Shown: in pieces, positions 46,932 through 53,396 of the stretch
How the letters are laid out: every line of letters begins with the position of its first letter
Numbering within the stretch: the first letter of the stretch is position 1
Source of the DNA: Elusimicrobiota bacterium
GTDB lineage: Bacteria; Elusimicrobiota; Elusimicrobia; UBA1565; UBA9628
Assembly: GCA_027319565.1 (NCBI GenBank)
Contig: DAHVNA010000009.1
Location: forward strand, 1 to 53,396
DNA: 53,396 nt
Direction of reading: 5' to 3'
Program-made: the position numbers and the translations under genes
Notes under the pieces: generated by a model
The model's database searches: none
What the model saw: the letters and a program-made list of their open reading frames with translations, nothing else
What the model was told of the DNA's origin: nothing

Positions 46932-47851
46932 TAGCCCCTGCCGATTTCTTTGATGGGGTTGAGCGGGCGCCCATACTTATCTCTAACCTCAAAATGAAGA
47001 TGCGGGCCTGTTGAAAGCCCCGTAGATCCCACGCGCCCGATCAAGGTTTTCCCGCGCGACACCCATTGTCCGGGCCTCACGTAAATTTTTGACAAGTGTC
47101 CGTATCGAGTGGTAGCCCCGTCGGCATGTCGGATGACAATCAAAAGCCCATAGCCCTCCGACCACCCCGCGCGAATGACCTTTCCGCTTCGGGCGGGATA
47201 AACGGGCGTTCCCCATGGGCGGGGAAGGTCCAAACCCTCATGAAAGCGCGTGCGCTTAAGTATCGGGTGATAACGCATCCCAAAACGCGAACTAATTCTC
47301 CCCCAGCCCCAGCCGTGGAAAGGAAAATGGAAAGTATCGAAGCTGACGTGGACCTTGGGAAGAAAAATGGGCGTCCCTTTCGGCAACCGGTAGCCGTCCA
47401 TCAAAGCGGTGGCGGGAATACGGTTATAGGCCAAAACCAGCAGCTTAAACTTGTTTATCTCCTCAGGCCGTCGGTAGTATTTTTTGGCAATCGAGTTCAA
47501 AGTCTCATGACTTGATTGTGTCCGATATAATTCTCCATTTTGATTGAGGACAGTGATCTCTTTTCCTATCGGAAGAAAAATCAGCTCGCTCTGGTTGGTG
47601 GCCTCTAAAGCCGCGGCGGTCGTCCCATATTTTTTGGCGAGAATATACGCATTTCCGTCTTGCCTTTCCACTCGGTGTTCGGAATAAACCAGGCTCTTAA
47701 TCTCGCGAAAGGAATTGGGAGAAGGCTCTTGTGGACCCGCGGGAGTCAAGACGGAATAGCTAAGCCAATTTTCCGGTAAAGCCGCGGCGGCAAAGGCGGA
47801 AAGCCCCAAACTCAGGCCTAAAGCGAAGAAAATAAATTTTTTAAACGCCAA
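46931..47851 (-). CDS. M23 family peptidoglycan endopeptidase with degenerate LysM-like domains
   Basis: HEGLD, YGHLS, STGPHLHFEVR; LAKKYGTT and ETLNSIAKKY segments; signal peptide. Confidence 0.92.
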   Translation of the reverse strand: MAFKKFIFFALGLSLGLSAFAAAALPENWLSYSVLTPAGPQEPSPNSFREIKSLVYSEHRVERQDGNAYILAKKYGTTAAALEATNQSELIFLPIGKEITVLNQNGELYRTQSSHETLNSIAKKYYRRPEEINKFKLLVLAYNRIPATALMDGYRLPKGTPIFLPKVHVSFDTFHFPFHGWGWGRISSRFGMRYHPILKRTRFHEGLDLPRPWGTPVYPARSGKVIRAGWSEGYGLLIVIRHADGATTRYGHLSKIYVRPGQWVSRGKTLIGRVGSTGLSTGPHLHFEVRDKYGRPLNPIKEIGRG

Positions 47852-49192
47852 TTATTCCTCGCTTAAATTTGACAATTCCATTGATTTCAAGAAATCGGCG
47901 TTTGATTTGGTTTGAAGGATTTTGTCTCTTAATAGCTCCATCGCCTCGACCGAGGAAAGGGGAGCCAAGACCTTTCGCAGAATCCACATTTTATTGATTT
48001 CATCTTCCGATAAAAGCAGCTCTTCCTTGCGCGTTCCCGAGCGGTTGATCTCAAAAGCGGGGAACATGCGCCTATCGGCGAGCTTCCGGTCCAGATAGAC
48101 TTCGCTATTGCCGGTTCCTTTGAACTCTTCAAAGATGACCTCATCCATGCGGCTTCCGGTATCGACTAAAGCGGTCGCGATGATGGTTAAAGATCCGCCT
48201 TCCTCGATGTTTCTGGCCGCCCCTAAAAAGCGTTTCGGCCTTTGAAGAGAAGTCGCTTCAATTCCGCCGGAAAGAACCCGCCCGGAAGACGGAGTGATGG
48301 TATTATAAGCCCGAGCCAAACGGGTAATTGAGTCTAGTAAAATCACGACATCTTTCCCGAGCTCGACCTGCCTTTTAGCCTTTTCAAGCACCATCTCGGC
48401 GACTTGAACGTGCCGATCGGCGGGTTCGTCAAATGTCGACGAAACCACTTCTCCCTTAACGCTCCTCTGCATTTCGGTGACTTCCTCAGGCCGCTCATCA
48501 ATCAACAAGACCATAATGACGACCCCTTTATGATTGGCCGCGATAGCATTGGCGATTTTTTGGAGAATAACCGTCTTTCCGGTCTTGGGAGAAGCGACAA
48601 TCAGGCCTCTTTGGCCTTTGCCGATGGGAGAGATTAAGTCCATCAAGCGAGTCGTCAATTCCATTCTTTCCGTTTCAAGAGTGAAGCGCTGATTCGGATG
48701 CAGCGGAGTCAAATTGTCAAAAAAAGTTCTGTCTTTGAGCGTTTCCGCCTCGACCCCGTTAATTTTTTTAACCTGTAAAAGAGCGAAGAATCTCTCTCCG
48801 TCTTTCGGCGGCCGGACATGCCCGCCGACAGTGTCCCCTTTACGAAGCCCGAAACGCTTAATCTGGGAAGGCGAGATATAAATATCATCGGGACCCGGCA
48901 GATAGTTATAATCCTGGGAGCGCAAAAAGCCAAAGCCGTCCGGCAAAATTTCAAGCACGCCTTCGTCATAAATCATGCCGTTGGCCTTTAATTGGCCTTC
49001 AAGGATTTTGGCGATCATCTCTTGTTTCCGAAGGCCGGAAACGCCCTCTATTTTCAAATCCTTGGCGATTTGAGAAAGGCCGGCAACCGTCATTTTGGAA
49101 AGCTGCGTCGCATCCAAATGAGAGACTGCTGGCTGGGGATTTTGAGCTTGCGGCGGGTTTTGGGCCGGCGAACCTTGAGCTGTCGTTTCCAT
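47852..49192 (-). CDS. rho: Transcription termination factor Rho
   Basis: [63 protein letters not shown] before the ATG at 49192. Confidence 0.97.
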   Translation of the reverse strand: METTAQGSPAQNPPQAQNPQPAVSHLDATQLSKMTVAGLSQIAKDLKIEGVSGLRKQEMIAKILEGQLKANGMIYDEGVLEILPDGFGFLRSQDYNYLPGPDDIYISPSQIKRFGLRKGDTVGGHVRPPKDGERFFALLQVKKINGVEAETLKDRTFFDNLTPLHPNQRFTLETERMELTTRLMDLISPIGKGQRGLIVASPKTGKTVILQKIANAIAANHKGVVIMVLLIDERPEEVTEMQRSVKGEVVSSTFDEPADRHVQVAEMVLEKAKRQVELGKDVVILLDSITRLARAYNTITPSSGRVLSGGIEATSLQRPKRFLGAARNIEEGGSLTIIATALVDTGSRMDEVIFEEFKGTGNSEVYLDRKLADRRMFPAFEINRSGTRKEELLLSEDEINKMWILRKVLAPLSSVEAMELLRDKILQTKSNADFLKSMELSNLSEE

Positions 49193-49194
49193 AC

Positions 49195-49818
49195 TTATTC
49201 TCCTAATGATCCTATCTTGGCTTTTGCCATCAGACAAAAAGCCCGGTAATACTCCGCGACTTTCCGGCGAAAGCCGGTTAAGTCGCCATCGTTATCGATC
49301 GCGATATCCGCGCGCTTCCTGCGTTCTTTATCCGAAATCTGGGAAGACATCCTTTCTTTTATCTCCGAAAGCGAAAGCGGGTCTCTTTTTGAAACGCGGC
49401 AAAGCCGCAGCGAAATAGGCGCGAGAATCGCCATGGTCGCGTCAAAATATTTTTCATGAGATCCCTCGAAAAGAAGCGGAACATCCGCGACCACGATTCC
49501 AGAGAAACGACTCATGCGCCTGAGCATTTCTTTTAAGATTAAAGGATGCGTCAAGTTTTCCAAACGCTTTAGAGCCGCCCCGCTGGGAAAAACCCGTCCA
49601 GCCAGTTTCCGGCGATCGATGCGCCCCGTTTCATCTAAAATTCCCGGACCAAAGGCCCTGACAATTTTTGAAAAAGCCGGTCCTCCGGGAAGAGCTTGGG
49701 ACCGCGCGATCTGATCGAGAGAAATCGTCAAAGCCCCCAGGGCTGAGAATTGGCGCAGAGCTTCCGTTTTTCCCGAGCCCATGCCGCCGGTCAGCCCCAC
49801 CAAAAAGCGCCTAGGCAC
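49195..49818 (-). CDS. coaE: Dephospho-CoA kinase
   Basis: [32 protein letters not shown]. Confidence 0.95.
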   Translation of the reverse strand: MPRRFLVGLTGGMGSGKTEALRQFSALGALTISLDQIARSQALPGGPAFSKIVRAFGPGILDETGRIDRRKLAGRVFPSGAALKRLENLTHPLILKEMLRRMSRFSGIVVADVPLLFEGSHEKYFDATMAILAPISLRLCRVSKRDPLSLSEIKERMSSQISDKERRKRADIAIDNDGDLTGFRRKVAEYYRAFCLMAKAKIGSLGE

Positions 49819-50660
49819 TAGGCATTTCCTCCCTTATTGGAATAGCGGCGCATAATCGCCTTTTCTTCTTCCGTCAACGAATCAATACCGCTGACTAAAA
49901 TCTTATCGAGAATCTTATCGATTTCAGTCATCGAGGAAGCGAGATTATCCTGGGAAACATTCTCTCCGCGAGAAGGAGACTTGACAGCGCGCCTAATTCC
50001 GGGCCTGATAGCGCCCTGGGAGAATGAATCTCTCCATAAAGATTTAACCTTAATCTTGAGCACCCACCACCATCTGAGATAGAGGTATCCCGTGATCATT
50101 CCACCCAAATGGGCAAAACGCGCGATTCCCGGGGTGGCATTGGTCGCTCCGGCGAAAAATTCAACCAAGCCAAACAAAATAGCCACATGGGCCGCCTTGA
50201 CCGGAATGAGAAAATAAAGATACACAACGGCGTCGGGATAAAGCATCGCGAAAGCGACTAAGAGCCCGTAAATCGCGCCCGAGGCGCCGATGACGGGAGA
50301 CATCGAATGGGGAGATAAAATAATAGAGCCCGCCGCCGCGCCGAGCCCGCAAATAAAATAATATTTCAAGAAATCTCTGGGGCCCCACTGCGCCTCAACC
50401 GGAACGCCGAACATCCAAAGCGCGAATAAGTTGAGAAGCAAATGCATGATGCTGCCATGAACGAACAAATACGAAATCGGCTGCCAAACCCAGCGATCGG
50501 CCAAAACGCGGTGGGGAACCAAACCGAAAAGGTCGAAAAACGAATTCCCAACCAAGGTCGCGACGATAAAAACGACGACGTTAGCGATAATCAAAGACTT
50601 AAGGGCCGGGGGGAGCCGCCGGTAATTCATCGGCTCATGGGAAAAAACTTCAGGACTCAT
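49818..50660 (-). CDS. Rhomboid intramembrane serine protease
   Basis: HLLLN, GASG (Ser), AHLGG (His), C-terminal IDKILDKI...SLTEEEK helix; ATGA overlap with polA. Confidence 0.93.
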   Translation of the reverse strand: MSPEVFSHEPMNYRRLPPALKSLIIANVVVFIVATLVGNSFFDLFGLVPHRVLADRWVWQPISYLFVHGSIMHLLLNLFALWMFGVPVEAQWGPRDFLKYYFICGLGAAAGSIILSPHSMSPVIGASGAIYGLLVAFAMLYPDAVVYLYFLIPVKAAHVAILFGLVEFFAGATNATPGIARFAHLGGMITGYLYLRWWWVLKIKVKSLWRDSFSQGAIRPGIRRAVKSPSRGENVSQDNLASSMTEIDKILDKILVSGIDSLTEEEKAIMRRYSNKGGNA

Positions 50661-53227
50661 CTTAAAACCTCCAAATCTCGCCAATTGCGCCCGGCCTTAA
50701 CGGACACGACCAAGGGAACATCCAAGGAAACCGCCTTCTCCATTTTCTCTTTGACCCAAAGAGAAAAACGCCCGACGGCTTGGTCTGGGACCTCAAAAAC
50801 TAGTTCATCGTGTATCTGCAAAAGCATCTTGGCCTCAAACTCATTTTTCGCAGATAGATTCCGAGCGATTTGAACCATCGCGATTTTAATGATGTCAGAG
50901 GCCGCGCCTTGAACCGGCGTATTGCGCGCCGCTCTTTCCGCGTATTGACGAAGAACCGCGTTCTTTGCGTCGAGTTCCGGCAAATAGCGCACCCGTCCCA
51001 AAAAGGTCCGGGTCTTTTTTTCTTTTTTCGCCTCGGCTAAATTTTGTTCAATCCAGCGCGAAACTCCCTGATAGCGTTCAAAATATTTTTTGATAATCGA
51101 AGCGGCTTCTCCCTGCGGTATCCGAAGCTCCTGCGCGAGCCCAAAGGCCGTCTGACCATAAGCGATTCCAAAATTGACCGCTTTCGCGCGCCTTCGCATC
51201 TCCGCGTCCACATTTTCAAGCGGCACATGAAAAATGGCCGCGGCCGTTCGGGCATGAATGTCTTCGTTATCCGCGAAGGACTGTTTTAAAGACGGGTCTT
51301 TTGAGACATGGGCCAGAACCCTCAATTCAATTTGAGAATAATCGGCGCAGACCAACTTCCAATTCTTGGCCGCGATGAAGGCGCGACGAATTTTCTGCCC
51401 CGCCTCGGTCCGGATAGGGATATTTTGCAAATTGGGGTTTGAACTCGACAATCGGCCTGTCTCTGCCCCCGCTTGATCAAAATGGGTGTGGATTCTCCCA
51501 GTGTCTGGATCAATGCGGGACAAAAGGCCGTCGACATATGTGGATTTAAGTTTAAAGGCCTCTCGGAATTCGAGGATCTTCCCCGGCAGAGGATGCTGCT
51601 GGGCTAAAGCGCTCAGGCAGTCTTCATCGGTGGAGCGACCGCCCTTGGCGGTCTTATGAATGACGGGAAGATACAATTTATCGAATAAAAGTTCGGCCAG
51701 CTGTTTTGGAGAATTCACGTTCAACGGAAATCCCGCTTCCTGATTGATTTCCTCTTGAAGAGCGGTAATCTGTTGGTCAAATTCCTTGGAAAGTTTCTCC
51801 AAATAGGGTTGATCAACCCCAATTCCTTCCCGTTCCATTGAAGCCAAAACATGAATCAAGGGAAATTCAATGTCTTGATAAATGTGAAAAACTCCTTCTT
51901 CTTTAAGACGGTCTTTAATGGGCCCGGCGTTTAAAGCCTGCTCCAGCTTCCAAAAGGAGCGCTCTTCCCAACTCGATTTTTTATCCAAGGCGCCTTCTCT
52001 CGGCCTCACCGGATTAAGGCAATAAGACGCCATCCGAACGTCAAAAGCGGGAGACGGATGGGGCAAACCCATTTCCATCGAAAAGGAATAGACTTCCTTA
52101 AGGTCATAGGCGACCTTGATTGCCGAATTTTCAAAGATTTGAGACAAGTCGTTTTTATATTTTTGAATTTGATCGTCCTTGAGAAAAGAGACCCGGCGAT
52201 CCGGCAAAGCCAAGGCCAGTCCCGCCTCATCCGGTTCAAGAGAAACGGCTACCGCTATTTCGCGGGCCTGGGCGAAAGCCGGCTTTAAATGACTAAAAGG
52301 CGTTTCTTGAAACACAAAAGTCTCTTTTCCCAATTGCCCGGTTGAAACTTTTCCGTTTATTTTCTCAAGAGAAAATTCTTGCAAGAGAGAGTTAAAGCCT
52401 AAGCGCTCAAAACTGCTTTTTAATTTCTCCGGATCCGGCTTCGCATAAACGCACTGCGAAGGCTTTAGTTTAAGCGGAACGTCTTTTTTAAGCTCTAAAA
52501 GGCGAATCGCCGCCGCCGCGGATTCCTTCCCTTTTATCAGAGAATGCGCCGCCCGCGGGTTGAGGGCCAAATCGCCCGAATCCGCCGCGTGAAAAATCTG
52601 ATTCAAATTTCCATATTGGTGGATTAATTTGACCGCCGTCACGGGGCCGATGCCGGGAACGCCGGGAACATTGTCGGAGGAATCTCCAATCAAGGCCAGG
52701 TAGTCCACGACTGAGCGGGGAGAAACCCCCAATTTTTTCTGGACTCCGCTCGCGTCCATCCATTCTCCTTTGCTGACATCGCGCAAGACCTTGACTCCCC
52801 CTCCCACCATTTGAAGGGCATCCTTGTCTCCCGTCACCAAAACCGCGTCAATTCCTTCTTGTTCGGCGCGACTGGCCATTGTCGCCATTAAATCATCGGC
52901 CTCATAGCCGGGATAAGCCAAACAGGGAAACCCCATATCCTCGGCAAGGCCGGGCGCAGCGCGCAATTGAACCAAGAGATCTTCGTCTATTTTTTTACGA
53001 GTGGCTTTATATTCTTTATAAATCTCGTGTCTAAAGGTCGGCCCGGGAGAATCGAAACAAACAGCGATAAAATCCGGCTTTTCTTTTTTTAGAATTAAAA
53101 CCAGCATCCGGGCAAAGCCGTAAAGCGCCCCCACCGGCTCCTTGGCCGCGTTGGTTAAAGGCGGCAAGGCATGATAAGCCCGATGGAGATAGGCATGAGC
53201 GTCGATGAGATAAATACGGGGCTTCAT
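50657..53227 (-). CDS. polA: DNA polymerase I
   Basis: 5'-3' exonuclease motifs (EYKATR, YEADD, GDSSDNVPGV); polymerase motifs TGRLSS, DYSQIELR, KAVNFG, QIHDEL. Confidence 0.97.
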   Translation of the reverse strand: MKPRIYLIDAHAYLHRAYHALPPLTNAAKEPVGALYGFARMLVLILKKEKPDFIAVCFDSPGPTFRHEIYKEYKATRKKIDEDLLVQLRAAPGLAEDMGFPCLAYPGYEADDLMATMASRAEQEGIDAVLVTGDKDALQMVGGGVKVLRDVSKGEWMDASGVQKKLGVSPRSVVDYLALIGDSSDNVPGVPGIGPVTAVKLIHQYGNLNQIFHAADSGDLALNPRAAHSLIKGKESAAAAIRLLELKKDVPLKLKPSQCVYAKPDPEKLKSSFERLGFNSLLQEFSLEKINGKVSTGQLGKETFVFQETPFSHLKPAFAQAREIAVAVSLEPDEAGLALALPDRRVSFLKDDQIQKYKNDLSQIFENSAIKVAYDLKEVYSFSMEMGLPHPSPAFDVRMASYCLNPVRPREGALDKKSSWEERSFWKLEQALNAGPIKDRLKEEGVFHIYQDIEFPLIHVLASMEREGIGVDQPYLEKLSKEFDQQITALQEEINQEAGFPLNVNSPKQLAELLFDKLYLPVIHKTAKGGRSTDEDCLSALAQQHPLPGKILEFREAFKLKSTYVDGLLSRIDPDTGRIHTHFDQAGAETGRLSSSNPNLQNIPIRTEAGQKIRRAFIAAKNWKLVCADYSQIELRVLAHVSKDPSLKQSFADNEDIHARTAAAIFHVPLENVDAEMRRRAKAVNFGIAYGQTAFGLAQELRIPQGEAASIIKKYFERYQGVSRWIEQNLAEAKKEKKTRTFLGRVRYLPELDAKNAVLRQYAERAARNTPVQGAASDIIKIAMVQIARNLSAKNEFEAKMLLQIHDELVFEVPDQAVGRFSLWVKEKMEKAVSLDVPLVVSVKAGRNWRDLEVLR

Positions 53228-53259
53228 ATGGATGTAAAAGAGAAACTGGACCGCTAAAT

Positions 53260-53299
53260 CGGCCCGCCCCGCCTTAGAAGAGGCGGAGCGGGAATGCCG
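53260..53299 (-). other. GC-rich stem-loop between trxA and polA
   Basis: Minus strand CCCGCTCCGCCT-cttcta-AGGCGGGGCGGG pairs fully with one G:U; there is no immediate U-tract. Confidence 0.5.
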
Positions 53300-53310
53300 G
53301 GACGTCTAAA

Positions 53311-53396
53311 TCAATGCTGCGGGACAGAAATGAGGTTGTCGAGAATCTTCTTGATTTCGGCCTTCGAATGAAGCCCCACCAACTGCTCTGCCACCT
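53311..53396 (-). CDS. Partial (3' end) thioredoxin-like protein
   Basis: Manual translation ...VAEQLVGLHSKAEIKKILDNLISVPQH* matches the pattern of a thioredoxin C-terminus; truncated by the window edge. Confidence 0.65.
   Translation of the reverse strand, partial: VAEQLVGLHSKAEIKKILDNLISVPQH

Noticed and set aside
1..53396. CRISPR array, rRNA, IS elements or defence island
   Set aside because: No regularly spaced repeats, rRNA-like sequence, transposase or recognisable defence genes seen; intergenic gaps are all short (about 150 bp or less).

Overview
A 53.4 kb, gene-dense bacterial chromosome segment made mostly of housekeeping and metabolic genes. I found no CRISPR array, integrase, transposase or prophage. 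An Elusimicrobiota-like origin is my inference from gene style, not a database result. In order, the window holds: a long minus-strand Fe-S operon (sufB-C-D-S-U-sufT-rrf2-nifU-PHP-GDPD-nadA-unknown); TPR and DUF4412-like exported proteins; an aldehyde dehydrogenase; response regulator-fixC-fixX; a HEAT-repeat exported protein; a hybrid kinase; fabG-acpP-rnc-acyl-CoA dehydrogenase; cbiX-LMF-SDR; tRNA-Asp; HemQ/Cld-family, GIY-YIG-like, icd and GT2 genes; rpmF; an old yellow enzyme; ccdA-tlpA-DUF1207-mutS-mutL-bcp; GAF/HD-GYP; an MFS transporter; SPFH; a long coiled-coil protein; a secreted zinc protease; and trxA-polA-rhomboid-coaE-rho-M23. Most notable observations: (1) the NADP-isocitrate dehydrogenase carries a 34-aa C-x2-C-x14-C-x2-C zinc-ribbon-like insertion in the loop next to the substrate-binding/phosphorylatable serine, directly downstream of an apparently catalytically dead GIY-YIG-like gene; (2) seven operon-leading genes have a TANNNT box exactly 6 nt before ATG, suggesting widespread leaderless mRNAs; (3) an IscR-type operator overlaps the suf promoter, with the Rrf2 gene buried inside the operon; (4) two unrelated proteins share a signal peptide, a Ser-rich leader and an LFDGS motif; (5) a 762-aa coiled coil with 11-residue (hendecad) repeats.
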